Positions 1-8,828 of a stretch of DNA of 39,418 bases are shown piece by piece. The stretch spans positions 1 to 39,418 of the forward strand of contig JBCCAC010000001.1 of the NCBI GenBank assembly GCA_039815015.1, in the 5' to 3' direction. The DNA comes from Pseudomonadota bacterium (GTDB lineage Bacteria > Pseudomonadota > Alphaproteobacteria > Sphingomonadales > Sphingomonadaceae). Both the position numbers and the translations under genes were made by a program. The first letter of the stretch is position 1; each line of letters starts with the position of its first letter. The notes below the pieces were generated by a model. That model was not told the origin of the DNA. It did not search any database and worked only from the letters and a program-made list of their open reading frames with translations.

Positions 1-895
1 CGCCGATATCCATGCAGGTCGTGATTTGTTCGGCCAGGATGTCCGGGCGGTAGTCGACGCGGGTCGTGATGTCTTTAATCACGCCCACTTTCGTGCCGGC
101 TTTCTGGAAGAACAGGACGGCGTCGTCGGTCGGCGCGGTCGGGGTGCCGAACAGGGTCGACGCCTGGACGACGTTCGCCGAACCGGACGCGTCTTGAATG
201 GAAACGCCTTGCAGCGCTTCACGGGCCAGCTCGCCACGGACGAACTCAAAGCCCATGTACTCGTTGATCTCGGCGTTCACGAGCGCCTTGACGGTCGCAA
301 AATCGCTGTTGATCGCTTCGTTATCGCTGAGAAGCGACTGCATCGCGCGGGCCGGCGCGTAGATTTTGCGCATCTCCCGCGGAACTTCTTGTTCGTCAAG
401 GATGCGGTTGGCGACGCGCAGCTTTTCGACCGACAGGCTGGTGTTCGCGCCGCCGACATTCTTGCCGATGACGTTGCCCGGCCGCAGGTTGACCGTGGTT
501 TGGCCCGTCTTGCCTTGCTGAGCGCCGCCCAACATGGCTTCGATGATGATGAAATCCATCTCACGGCCAAGCGCTTCCGCGGTCTTGGTCGTGAAGTCGG
601 ATTGCACGTCGATCATCAGCCGCGCTTTGGCTTCGTCCGGGACCGGGATCGAAACTTCAAACGGGTTCGGAATGACCTTGCGACGGAACTGGTCGATCTC
701 TTGCAGATTGACCGTTTCCAGCAGCGTCGTGCGACGCCGGGCTTTCAGGTCGCCGATGCCTTCAAAGAAAGCGTCTTCGGCGTTGCTGATGTTCTCGATT
801 TCCACGCAGGCCCGCAGGCGCGACGTCTTTTGACGCGCCGTTTCGAGGACGCGCTTGGAGAACATCGACGTGTAGGCGGTTTCGATGTTGGCCAT
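1..895 (-). CDS. Major capsid protein, N-terminal part (MANIETAYTSMFSKRVLETARQKTSRLR...); continues at 39418
   Basis: ATG at 895 with AGAGGAG RBS, open to position 1. QKTSRLR, ALGREMD and EINEYMGFEF motifs of BPP-1/T7-type capsids. Follows the scaffold gene. Absent from the ORF track because it runs off the edge. Confidence 0.9.
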   Translation of the reverse strand, partial: MANIETAYTSMFSKRVLETARQKTSRLRACVEIENISNAEDAFFEGIGDLKARRRTTLLETVNLQEIDQFRRKVIPNPFEVSIPVPDEAKARLMIDVQSDFTTKTAEALGREMDFIIIEAMLGGAQQGKTGQTTVNLRPGNVIGKNVGGANTSLSVEKLRVANRILDEQEVPREMRKIYAPARAMQSLLSDNEAINSDFATVKALVNAEINEYMGFEFVRGELAREALQGVSIQDASGSANVVQASTLFGTPTAPTDDAVLFFQKAGTKVGVIKDITTRVDYRPDILAEQITTCMDIG

Positions 896-931
896 CGAAG
901 CTACTCCTCTGTCGAATTGTCATGATGAAGC

Positions 932-1041
932 GCGCCACCCGGCGGACCGGACGCGTGGGGGTAGGCTCAACCGGACGCCGCAGCGCCACCCGGCTTTAGT
1001 TCAAGGGGATCGAGAGGCCCGGACGCCGCAGCGCCACCCGG
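932..1041 (-). repeat. Capsid-leader repeats/hairpins: 23-bp direct repeat (971-993, 1019-1041) plus a permuted copy (932-954)
   Basis: CCGGACGCCGCAGCGCCACCCGG occurs twice exactly; the same two half-motifs occur in swapped order at 932-954. Confidence 0.85.
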
Positions 1042-1887
1042 TTATTCGTCGCCGTAGGCTTGGCGCGCGAGTTCTTCCATGCGGGCTTTGAGCGCCGCGC
1101 CTTCCGCCGACATTTTGTCGGACAGGATTTCGTCGGTTTTCGGGTCGGCGATGATGCGGTCTAGCTCCGCTTCCGCCTGCTGCGGGGTCAGGCCCGCATT
1201 CCCTTTGTCGCCGGTTGCGCCCGGCAGTCGACCAACGCCGCGCAGAGCGGCGCCGATTTCTGCGAGGTTTGCGGTCATGTCGGTGTCCGCAAGCAGCCCG
1301 CTATTGAGCACCTCTTTGCGGATATGCTCAGGGAAGATGCGGTCGATTGCGTGAATGACGTCTTGCCGCTTCGCCTCATACTGCCGGCCCCACTCCGCGC
1401 GCAGGGTCGTCTCGGTTTCGTTGACCAGCGCGTCAATCTGATCGGCCCGCGCTTCCAGCTGTTGGATTTGCATCTGACCGTAAAGGTCGATCAGGCCGTC
1501 GAACTGCTGCTTTGAAATGCCGTTTTCATAGGCGAAGTCGGCATACGCGGTTTGCTGTTCTTCGTTCCAGCCCAGCGCCCGCACTTCGTCGGGGATGGCG
1601 TCCCAGCCATAACCAAACGCATCGTCGGGCAGCGCATAATTGGGGTCATGCTGGCGCATCTGCGCCGCCAGCTCCGGGTCGGCGGCGATCTGTTCAGCCC
1701 GCCGGTGGATAAGCTGGTTCGCCCCGTCGATCTCTTTGCGCGCCTTGGTGTACGCGCTCGCCAGCTCGGCCGGGCTTTGGTATTCGCCCACCCGCTCCAA
1801 AACTTCGGGGTCTTCGATGCCGGAAAACCAGCTATCGCTAGAAGTCTCTACGCCACCCGCGTCTGCGGACGTGTCGACGTCTGACAT
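1042..1887 (-). CDS. Capsid assembly (scaffolding) protein
   Basis: Acidic, helical 281 aa with LRAEWG motif, located between portal and capsid. Confidence 0.85.
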   Translation of the reverse strand: MSDVDTSADAGGVETSSDSWFSGIEDPEVLERVGEYQSPAELASAYTKARKEIDGANQLIHRRAEQIAADPELAAQMRQHDPNYALPDDAFGYGWDAIPDEVRALGWNEEQQTAYADFAYENGISKQQFDGLIDLYGQMQIQQLEARADQIDALVNETETTLRAEWGRQYEAKRQDVIHAIDRIFPEHIRKEVLNSGLLADTDMTANLAEIGAALRGVGRLPGATGDKGNAGLTPQQAEAELDRIIADPKTDEILSDKMSAEGAALKARMEELARQAYGDE

Positions 1888-1889
1888 GG

Positions 1890-2147
1890 TTAGGTGTCCT
1901 GGTGTTGTTGTTGCTTCGTCGGTCGCGCCGTCGGCTCAAATGAAAGCCCGACGCCGCACTTGTTGAGGATATGCCCGCACATGTCGCGCAATCCGATTTT
2001 GTATGCGACCATTTGCGGATCGAAGGTTTGAAACCCGTCGATTGCTTTGCCCTCGCCTGCAAAGCCCGACTTGGCGACGATGTCTTGCAGCACGCGCTTC
2101 CCGGCGTCGCTGCTGAACACGTCGCGATAGTCTTTCTCTAGGCTCAT
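1890..2147 (-). CDS. Bbp19-like head protein
   Basis: YRDVFSSDAGKRVLQDI motif; immediately downstream of the portal. Confidence 0.75.
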   Translation of the reverse strand: MSLEKDYRDVFSSDAGKRVLQDIVAKSGFAGEGKAIDGFQTFDPQMVAYKIGLRDMCGHILNKCGVGLSFEPTARPTKQQQHQDT

Positions 2148-3739
2148 TGCTGCTTCGCCACTTCCGACCCGGCTTCGGCCGCGGTCTTCGCCGTTTGCGC
2201 CTGCTGGGCTGCGATCTGCATTTGCATCATTTGCTGCTGTTGCTGCGCCGCCGCCTGGGCTTTCGCCTGCGCCTCTTGATCCGAGCGGATGATTTCGGAC
2301 GGCACGCCGACCGCGTCCGCCAGCCGCTTAATCATCTGCGGCCCGTCGAGGTAATGAACGACGCTTGGGTCAGTCTGCGCGATGGGGCCGGCAAGGCTGA
2401 GAAGCGTTTGAATGCTGCGCGTCTCGTCCGCCCGCAGCGCTTTGGACGCTTGGCTGACGAACTTCACGTTCAGCCCGCCGCCCTGCTCTTCCATCAACGG
2501 CGTGGGGGGCGGGAAAAACCCGCTGATCGACGCCAGCACGCGGAACGTCTGCACCAACAGCGGATCCAGCAATTCCGTTTGCAGCCGCCCAATCATCGGG
2601 CCGATGAGCCGGTTGCGTTCCTGCTGCCGGATCATGACCTCGGTGGCCGTCATGTTCGCCCGGTCGGCGCTGTTGAAGACCTCAACGTTGAAGTCGCGAA
2701 TGATCTGGTCGTTCACGCGCTGGATCAGCTCAACGCCAAGGCGAGGGTCGCCAATCTGCAACGGCGTGATGGTGCGGTTCTCTGTGAGGGTGAACCCGTC
2801 CGTCGTGTAGATCAGCGAGCCGGGGGCCGTGTTGATGGGCTCCAAAAACCCTTCATTCGGCACGATCAGCGGCGGGAACACAGCCTTTTCCGCCGCCGCG
2901 ATGGTGGTGCGCGACATCGCCATGAGCATGCGGATGTCGGGCAACGCCTCCAAAGCCGGACTGCGGCCGTAGGCTTCGCCCGCGACCTTGGTCCAGCGCG
3001 GCGTAAGGTAGGGCATGCCGAACGACGTGAACTCGTTGACGAGCGCCTTAGCGTCGACCTCGATTTCCTCGCAATGCCAATTGCCGACTTGGTTCGGGTG
3101 CGGCGTGACGGCGTGCAGAAACTTGATTTCCGTATCCGGCTCGATCTCCGCCATCCGCTGCGCTTTGTCCGATAGGGTTTGCGGATAGGCTTGCAGCGCT
3201 TGGCGCGCCGTCATCTTGTAGGACCGATAAACCGTGTCGACGCGGCCGGCGAAATCCTCGCCCAAGTAAATCTCGCTCAGCGGGCGGGAAGAAAACGACA
3301 CGCCGCCGCTTTCCTCATCAAGCCCGACGTACAAGCAGCCCGTGCCAAACGCGACGATCTCTAGGTAGACCTCGTGAATTTGGCTTTGGAAATTGGTTTG
3401 CGGGTCTGTGTAGACCTCCCGCATGATTTCCGTCGCAGCCTCGTACCAACGCCGGGTCGCTTCGTCTTCCATCAGCGCCGGATTGACCGGCTCCAGAACG
3501 AACCACGGCTGCGCCGGCCCGGTGAGCGCGCCATGCAGGGCGTTCGCCAACTGCGTCGCGGCCCATTGCGGCGTGCTGTCCGTCCCGCGATGCGTCCGCT
3601 GCGCGCCCCGCTCGATCGTCCGCTGGAAATCCGCCCGCTTGGGGTGGATGTATTCCGCGATCTCTTGGAACAGGTCGTCGAAGTTGGCGCGGCGCTTTTG
3701 GAGCGCTTCAAGCCGCTTCAGGTGCTGGACGGGCGTCAT
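2144..3739 (-). CDS. Portal (head-tail connector) protein, Bbp21/T7 gp8-like
   Basis: 531 aa; FGTG, RW..GEAYGRSPA..ALPD and MTATEV motifs; Gln-rich C-terminus. Confidence 0.95.
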   Translation of the reverse strand: MTPVQHLKRLEALQKRRANFDDLFQEIAEYIHPKRADFQRTIERGAQRTHRGTDSTPQWAATQLANALHGALTGPAQPWFVLEPVNPALMEDEATRRWYEAATEIMREVYTDPQTNFQSQIHEVYLEIVAFGTGCLYVGLDEESGGVSFSSRPLSEIYLGEDFAGRVDTVYRSYKMTARQALQAYPQTLSDKAQRMAEIEPDTEIKFLHAVTPHPNQVGNWHCEEIEVDAKALVNEFTSFGMPYLTPRWTKVAGEAYGRSPALEALPDIRMLMAMSRTTIAAAEKAVFPPLIVPNEGFLEPINTAPGSLIYTTDGFTLTENRTITPLQIGDPRLGVELIQRVNDQIIRDFNVEVFNSADRANMTATEVMIRQQERNRLIGPMIGRLQTELLDPLLVQTFRVLASISGFFPPPTPLMEEQGGGLNVKFVSQASKALRADETRSIQTLLSLAGPIAQTDPSVVHYLDGPQMIKRLADAVGVPSEIIRSDQEAQAKAQAAAQQQQQMMQMQIAAQQAQTAKTAAEAGSEVAKQQ

Positions 3740-3987
3740 CCGCCCAACGACGTCCGCCGCCGCCGACCGCTGCCCGTAAGGCCAGCCCGACGGATGCCGT
3801 CTTCCCCTTGATCATCATCAAGCCCAGCGAGCCGGCGACGGCGCTCTTCTTCGGTTTCGCCGTCCGCGGTCGTCGTCGTCTTCGGGGCCGGCTTCGGGGG
3901 TTTCGGGGTTGGCGTCGTGGTAACTAGGCCGCCACCGCCGCCGCCAAGCCACTTGCCGCCGCCACCGCCGCCACCACCACGACACAT
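3736..3987 (-). CDS. Small Gly/Pro-rich virion protein (T7 gp6.7/7.3-like position)
   Basis: Starts MC, poly-Gly tracts, ends RRTSLGG; coupled to the portal start. Confidence 0.7.
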   Translation of the reverse strand: MCRGGGGGGGGKWLGGGGGGLVTTTPTPKPPKPAPKTTTTADGETEEERRRRLAGLDDDQGEDGIRRAGLTGSGRRRRTSLGG

Positions 3988-4253
3988 CAGCGCATTCCTC
4001 CAAGTCCGGGTTTCTTGACCTTGCCCTTGCCGAGCAGGTCGTCGCCGATCGACAGGCCGCCGCCCGTCGGGTTGAGTTGGTCCTGCTGCTCAGCCGCAGC
4101 CGCTTGCCGCTTTTTGCGGTCCGCTTCCGCCGCCGCATTCACGGTCGCGTTCGGATCAGGCAAAGGCGGGGGCGCGGCCGGGGTTTGCGGCTTGCTTCCG
4201 CCCCCAAACAGTCCGGCGATCGGGCCTAGCAGCGCACTAACGGCATTGCACAT
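3987..4253 (-). CDS. Small virion protein (gp6.7/7.3-like)
   Basis: Starts MC, Pro-rich, ends KKPGLGG; coupled to the next gene. Confidence 0.7.
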   Translation of the reverse strand: MCNAVSALLGPIAGLFGGGSKPQTPAAPPPLPDPNATVNAAAEADRKKRQAAAAEQQDQLNPTGGGLSIGDDLLGKGKVKKPGLGGMR

Positions 4254-4690
4254 TGGTGAAATTCCTCGCCATTCATCCCAAAGGGGAAAGTCGCTTCGAT
4301 GTGAAAGCCCAAGAATTCAAGCCATGCGACGCTATCGACGTGCGAGGTCAGCACGCGCGTTTCTACGCGCCGGCCGCCGCGCTCCCGCGCCTCATTTATC
4401 AACCGCAGCGCCGCCTTGGTCGCCGACAGTTTTAGACTTGCAAATTTATCCGTGGCGTAAGCCGCAGCCCACCACACGCCGGGCATGACCTCGCCCCCGC
4501 CGATGACGATTTCGGGGCGCTCGCGGCCCAACACCGTGATCAACGGCATGTGCTGAAAGCCGTTCGCCCGCTGCATCGGCGTCGCATCGCCCAAGCATCC
4601 GAACTCGCGCACGTCGCGCTCACGCATCCGGGCGGCGACGTAGGTCAGGGTCGGGAGAAACGGGCGGAACGTGCGGACCTTACCGGCCAT
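4226..4690 (-). CDS. GNAT-fold protein, T7 gp13-like
   Basis: Likely start ATG 4690 (MAGKVR). MRERDVRE and SVAWLEFLGF..E....G.NGEEF motifs. Confidence 0.75.
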   Translation of the reverse strand: MAGKVRTFRPFLPTLTYVAARMRERDVREFGCLGDATPMQRANGFQHMPLITVLGRERPEIVIGGGEVMPGVWWAAAYATDKFASLKLSATKAALRLINEARERGGRRVETRVLTSHVDSVAWLEFLGFHIEATFPFGMNGEEFHQCAMPLVRC

Positions 4691-5936
4691 AGGTGTGATT
4701 ATCCTGCGCTCGCGTTTGCCGCGGCCCCGTCGGCCCGCCCCGCTTAAGGCCCATCGCCATGTACCGGGCGGCGTCCGCAGCATGTGAATGGTGGTCGTGA
4801 AGCGGCGACGGCCGCAGCGTTTGCAGCTTGTCGTCGAACTCGTAGCGATAGAGCCGTAGGTGCTCGAAGCCGACTTGCGTCTTGTCCCGGTCAAACCACG
4901 AGGTGCGCAGCATCATCCGCATGGCGTTGATGCCGTCCTCGATCCGGTGCTGCGGGACGATCTTGCAGGCCAGCCCGATGCGTTGCAGAGTTTCGACCCG
5001 CGTCCGGCCGGTGCCGATCTCCCGCGCCATCGCGTCATGCGGCAGCAGATGGCCCTTGTAGGCGTAGCCCCGGCTCTGAACGACCTCGACGTAATGGTCC
5101 AGCGCCTGCCCGGACGACTGGTAGAAGTCGATCCAGCGCGTGCCGTCCATCGCCGGCTGCGCCCACCAGATCGACGTCGCGTCGCCGATGCCCAGATCCC
5201 ACGCCGTCCAGACCGGCAGCATCGGATCGTAACCGACCTTGGCGAACCGCCCGTCGGCTTCGATCTGCTGTAGCTCTTTCGCGTAGATCGCGCCCTTTAC
5301 GGCCGCGTGGAAGTCGCATTCGAACTCGCGGCGATAGGTGTCGTCGTCCATCTCCGCCCGCATCGTCTGCAGCTCGGCGTCGTCCAGGATGCCGGTGGCG
5401 CTGGCCTTTAGGACCAGCAGATGCCAATCCGCGTCCTCTTCGGCCCGCAGCCGCATCGAATAGAAGGCGTTCTTACCCTTCGGCGTGCCGGAGATGATCG
5501 CCCAGCCCTTGCGGTCCGCAAGCGTCGGCAGGATCACCTCGACCCATAGCCCGGCCTTCATGTCGCCGAACTCGTCCAACACGACGCCGTCGAGATACAT
5601 GCCACGCAAGGCGTCGATGTTGTCCGAGCCGAACAGGTAGATCGTCGCCCCGTTGCGCAGGACGACCTTCAGCTCGGCCTCATAGACCGCCGCTGCGATG
5701 GCCTCGGTGTACTGCTTCAGATAGGCCCAGGCGTTCCGCTTCACCTGTTTGTACTGCGGCTGGATCAGGGCGTATTGGCCCGTCCCCGATTGGTCCTGAA
5801 CTGCGCGGTGGATGATGTCGTTGACCGCGGCGACTGTCTTCCCCGCCCGGCGATGCGCGACGACGACGCCGAAGCGTTCGTCTCTGTGGTGGAGTGGAAG
5901 GAACTGCGGCCGGGGCCGATATCCCGTATCAAGCAC
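4680..5936 (-). CDS. terL: Terminase large subunit
   Basis: Walker A HRRAGKT, Walker B GVVLDE, GTPKG, WDLG nuclease motif, HAADAARY. Confidence 0.95.
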   Translation of the reverse strand: MLDTGYRPRPQFLPLHHRDERFGVVVAHRRAGKTVAAVNDIIHRAVQDQSGTGQYALIQPQYKQVKRNAWAYLKQYTEAIAAAVYEAELKVVLRNGATIYLFGSDNIDALRGMYLDGVVLDEFGDMKAGLWVEVILPTLADRKGWAIISGTPKGKNAFYSMRLRAEEDADWHLLVLKASATGILDDAELQTMRAEMDDDTYRREFECDFHAAVKGAIYAKELQQIEADGRFAKVGYDPMLPVWTAWDLGIGDATSIWWAQPAMDGTRWIDFYQSSGQALDHYVEVVQSRGYAYKGHLLPHDAMAREIGTGRTRVETLQRIGLACKIVPQHRIEDGINAMRMMLRTSWFDRDKTQVGFEHLRLYRYEFDDKLQTLRPSPLHDHHSHAADAARYMAMGLKRGGPTGPRQTRAQDNHTYGR

Positions 5937-6225
5937 GCCGTGCTTTTGGCGCAGACAGGGGCGTGAGCTTCAAGAGGTCGGCGGCGCTGTGCAGGTATTC
6001 GATCGCCGCGTCCATCTCTTCTTCGGACAGGTGATCCGTTGAGCAACCAAGGTCCAACAGAAGTGGCGGGTCGAGGCGCTTCAACGCGCCGCCAAGCCGT
6101 GAGCCGCGAAATCGCCGCCGCAGCTCCGCTTCGGCCGCCTCTCTAGTCTCAAACCGACGCTCCATGAAGTCGTCTCGAATGACATAAACTTGGACGGCCT
6201 CAATCTGCGCTGACAGCGGGCTCAT
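5929..6225 (-). CDS. Hypothetical protein between terS and terL
   Basis: 98-aa ORF overlapping both neighbours; GGAG RBS. Confidence 0.6.
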   Translation of the reverse strand: MSPLSAQIEAVQVYVIRDDFMERRFETREAAEAELRRRFRGSRLGGALKRLDPPLLLDLGCSTDHLSEEEMDAAIEYLHSAADLLKLTPLSAPKARRA

Positions 6226-6599
6226 AGCTTCTCCTTCGGCGGTACGCCCGTGTAGACCAGCCGCGTCTCCACCGCCCCGCTATGCTCTGTCTCGGTCTTG
6301 TCCTTCCAGTCGTCGGGGGCCGTGTTCTTCACGCCGAAGATCGCGGACGTTCCGCCCTTCCCTGTTCGGACCGTGTTAATCAGCATCAGCTCCCAGGCCA
6401 GCGCCCGCTTCGCCTTCGCGCGTTCTACGGCTGCCAAAAACTCCGGGTGCTCGTCCGTCCAATTCGTGAGCGTGGAGCGCGAAACGCCGATATGGCCTGC
6501 GAAGGCCGTCACGCTCAGCCCGTCCGCACAGAAGGCTTCAAGCTGGTCGCAATAGGCCGGATCGTATTTCGACGGGCGGCCAACCTTAGCGTCGGACAT
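6222..6599 (-). CDS. terS: Terminase small subunit
   Basis: Start ATG 6599 (MSDAKVGRPSKY); HTH, W..EHPEF, AIF..KN...W.DK.E.EHSG. Confidence 0.85.
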   Translation of the reverse strand: MSDAKVGRPSKYDPAYCDQLEAFCADGLSVTAFAGHIGVSRSTLTNWTDEHPEFLAAVERAKAKRALAWELMLINTVRTGKGGTSAIFGVKNTAPDDWKDKTETEHSGAVETRLVYTGVPPKEKL

Positions 6600-6729
6600 T
6601 GTCGCTCCGCGCCGCCATGCTGTCAGACGCCGCGTGCGGGTCCCACAGCGACCACACCGCATAGCGCAGGAACAGACCGAAGCAGCCGACCCTATCGCGG
6701 ATGAAGCCGCAGGCCTGACAGTCGCTCAT
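6586..6729 (-). CDS. Hypothetical 47-aa protein (MSDCQACG...)
   Basis: ATGA-coupled to the upstream ORF; fills the gap to terS. Confidence 0.4.
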   Translation of the reverse strand: MSDCQACGFIRDRVGCFGLFLRYAVWSLWDPHAASDSMAARSDNVRR

Positions 6730-6914
6730 ACGATCGACGTCCGGCGCTTTTTACCGCCGCCTTTGTTGACGTGCAGATTGCCGGTTCGGCTGTTGTAGCA
6801 TTTGCCGCCCCGCATCACCGTCCCCGGAGGACAGCCTGACCGGCCTTGACTGATCGCCGCCGCCGTCTTCATGCCTTTGGGCTTCGGTTTGCCGCCCGCC
6901 GCTTTCTTGTCCAT
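6726..6914 (-). CDS. Small basic protein
   Basis: 62 aa, Lys/Gly-rich, AGAGGA RBS. Confidence 0.65.
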   Translation of the reverse strand: MDKKAAGGKPKPKGMKTAAAISQGRSGCPPGTVMRGGKCYNSRTGNLHVNKGGGKKRRTSIV

Positions 6915-6929
6915 CGCTGTGATCCTCTG

Positions 6930-7091
6930 TTAACGCTTCGCCGTTTTTGCGCTTTGTTTGAATGCTTTAGCGGTCGGCGCGCCCTTCGAGCCGGGCTTGC
7001 GCATCCGTTCAGGCGTCTTGCCCGCCGTCTTCTGCGCTGCGATGCGCCGCTTTTTGGCGTGGATGTTCGCGTACAGCCCGGGCTTAGCCAT
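6930..7091 (-). CDS. Small basic phage protein (MAKPGLYANIHAKKRRI...GAPTAKAFKQSAKTAKR)
   Basis: 53 aa, TGATG-coupled. I recognise the GLYANIHAK..GAPT..AF motif from other phage late regions. Confidence 0.75.
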   Translation of the reverse strand: MAKPGLYANIHAKKRRIAAQKTAGKTPERMRKPGSKGAPTAKAFKQSAKTAKR

Positions 7092-7429
7092 CAGCCGACC
7101 TCTTCGACGACGCCGAGCGTGCCGACCGCGACCGTGTAGGAGGTGTCGCCGTTGTACGTGACCCGGACGGCCCAGTAGTAAACGCGGCTTGCGAGGCTGG
7201 TGTTTCCCGAGGTGAGCGTGAAGCTCGCCAGCCCGCCGACTGCATTGGTGATCGCGCCCGTCACCGTCAAAACTTGCGTTGACGTGTCGGCCGGCTTTTC
7301 GAGCATGTCGACGATGAAGCTGACGCTCGCGCCAGTCAGATCGAGCGCGCCCGCGCCATCATCAATATCGATGTCGATCTGCACCGCGTCGCCGCGGATA
7401 ACCTCTAGGCTCTGCGGCGTCAGCGGCAT
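7091..7429 (-). CDS. BppU-N/Ig-like beta-sandwich structural protein
   Basis: IRGD...DLTGASV.F...G...F.L...T...YY pattern. Confidence 0.65.
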   Translation of the reverse strand: MPLTPQSLEVIRGDAVQIDIDIDDGAGALDLTGASVSFIVDMLEKPADTSTQVLTVTGAITNAVGGLASFTLTSGNTSLASRVYYWAVRVTYNGDTSYTVAVGTLGVVEEVG

Positions 7430-7644
7430 CAGATCACCCCGTCAATCGGCGCGCGCACCGTGGCGACGCCCGTTATGCTTGGCCCTGCTGTGACCGTTCC
7501 TGTGATTGACGGCGACTGCGCGACCGCGCCGGTTATGGGCGGGGGCTGCGTAACGACGCCGGTTAGCGGCGCTGCGGCCAGCGTGACCGGGCCGCTATCC
7601 CCGCCCCGAAACCCATCCGTGGCGACAGCCAAGCGACGGGTCAT
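7429..7644 (-). CDS. Small putative structural protein with ITG repeats
   Basis: Coupled to both neighbours; five (P)xI/LT/DG repeats. Confidence 0.6.
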   Translation of the reverse strand: MTRRLAVATDGFRGGDSGPVTLAAAPLTGVVTQPPPITGAVAQSPSITGTVTAGPSITGVATVRAPIDGVI

Positions 7645-8828
7645 GTTGTCCGCGTCACCGTCGCCGTCGTGGCGTTTTCAACGATGGTCTGCGCGATGCC
7701 CGTCGTCGTCCGGCTGGTGTCCGTCACGACCAAAGGCGCGCCGCTCTCCAAGCCATGAATGCGATGGATTTCCTGCAAGCGCGTCGCATCGGCCGCGGTC
7801 AGCGACACGGTCAGGTTCGCCGCCGAAAGGCCCGCGTCGACCTCTGTGCGCACATCCGTCGTCGACAGGTCGTTTAAGCCGTCGATGGCGTCCGTCACCG
7901 GCGTCAAATTCACGGAAATGCTCGTGGCCGCGATGGACGCATCCACTTCGCCCCGCACATCGGCCGCGCTGATGTCGTTCAACGCGGCGATCGAGGCCTG
8001 GATGGCCGTCACGTTCGCCTGCGTCGCCAGCCCCGATGTGTCGACCGTGACGCTGCCCAGCCCGGCGTCCAGCTCCGCCTTGGTGGGCGGGTCATAGGCG
8101 GCCAGGGCCGCAGCGGCGGCGGGCTGCAGCTCCGTCGTCCGCGCAATTCCGGTTAGGTCCGTGGGCGCATAGCCCACCGCGGCGGCGATCTCCGCCGTCG
8201 TCGGGATGGTCAAATTCGCCAAATCGGCCGTGGTGGCGAGGCCCGTGAGGTCCGATTGCGACGCTGTGCGGCTTGCCGCATCCGTCGTCACCGCCTCCCC
8301 ATCCAGGGTCGCGACCACATCGCCGCCGGAAAAGTTCAGCTGATCCGTCGTCGCGCGGATGGCGCTCACATCGCCGCTGACATCCACCGGGGCCGTATAG
8401 TCCGTGGTGGGCAGGCGTGAGGACACCGTCGCGTCGAGATTGCTCGTCGCCGCCGTCAGCTCGGCGTTCGTCGGCGGGTCGTAAGCCGTCAGCGCCGCCG
8501 CCGCCGCGGTTTGCGCCTGCGCTTGGCTCAAATCGTTCAGCCCGGAAATCGCCGTCGTGACGGGCGTCAAATCCACGCTCACGTCCGCAAGCGTGATCTC
8601 CGCAGAGCCATCCCAATCGATCGACCCGCCGCCGACCGGCGCCGACGCGCTGTAGAACACGACGCTGTATCGGCCCGCGGCGGCGGTCGGCATGTCGCCG
8701 GTGTAAAGCCCGTTCGTCCCCACTTCCGCGCAGGCCACGTCGCCGCCTTGCTGCGCGCCCGCGGTCGAAAACACCCGCGCCGTGACCGTAAGGCCCGACG
8801 CGCTGACGAAATTCAGCTCCCCCGCCAT
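7641..8828 (-). CDS. Ala/Thr-rich repeat protein, putative head/tail fibre
   Basis: 395 aa; internal repeats AAAAL.AYDPPT.AEL, LTPVT.AI.GLNDLS, ND.S..DVR.EV. Confidence 0.75.
   Translation of the reverse strand: MAGELNFVSASGLTVTARVFSTAGAQQGGDVACAEVGTNGLYTGDMPTAAAGRYSVVFYSASAPVGGGSIDWDGSAEITLADVSVDLTPVTTAISGLNDLSQAQAQTAAAAALTAYDPPTNAELTAATSNLDATVSSRLPTTDYTAPVDVSGDVSAIRATTDQLNFSGGDVVATLDGEAVTTDAASRTASQSDLTGLATTADLANLTIPTTAEIAAAVGYAPTDLTGIARTTELQPAAAAALAAYDPPTKAELDAGLGSVTVDTSGLATQANVTAIQASIAALNDISAADVRGEVDASIAATSISVNLTPVTDAIDGLNDLSTTDVRTEVDAGLSAANLTVSLTAADATRLQEIHRIHGLESGAPLVVTDTSRTTTGIAQTIVENATTATVTRTT

Noticed and set aside
26-925. 299-aa plus-strand ORF, and other long antisense ORFs such as 2147-3175, 8987-10261, 12432-13736, 26130-27218 and 32461-33594
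   Set aside because: Shadow frames of real minus-strand genes in high-GC DNA; no motifs or RBS.
971-1041. Possible mini-CRISPR (23-bp repeats with a 25-bp spacer)
   Set aside because: Only two exact repeats, no cas genes, and the permuted third copy fits an RNA structural motif better.
3928-3979. CCG/CCA triplet runs as a contingency locus
   Set aside because: They encode in-frame poly-Gly with mixed codons; slippage would not switch phase.
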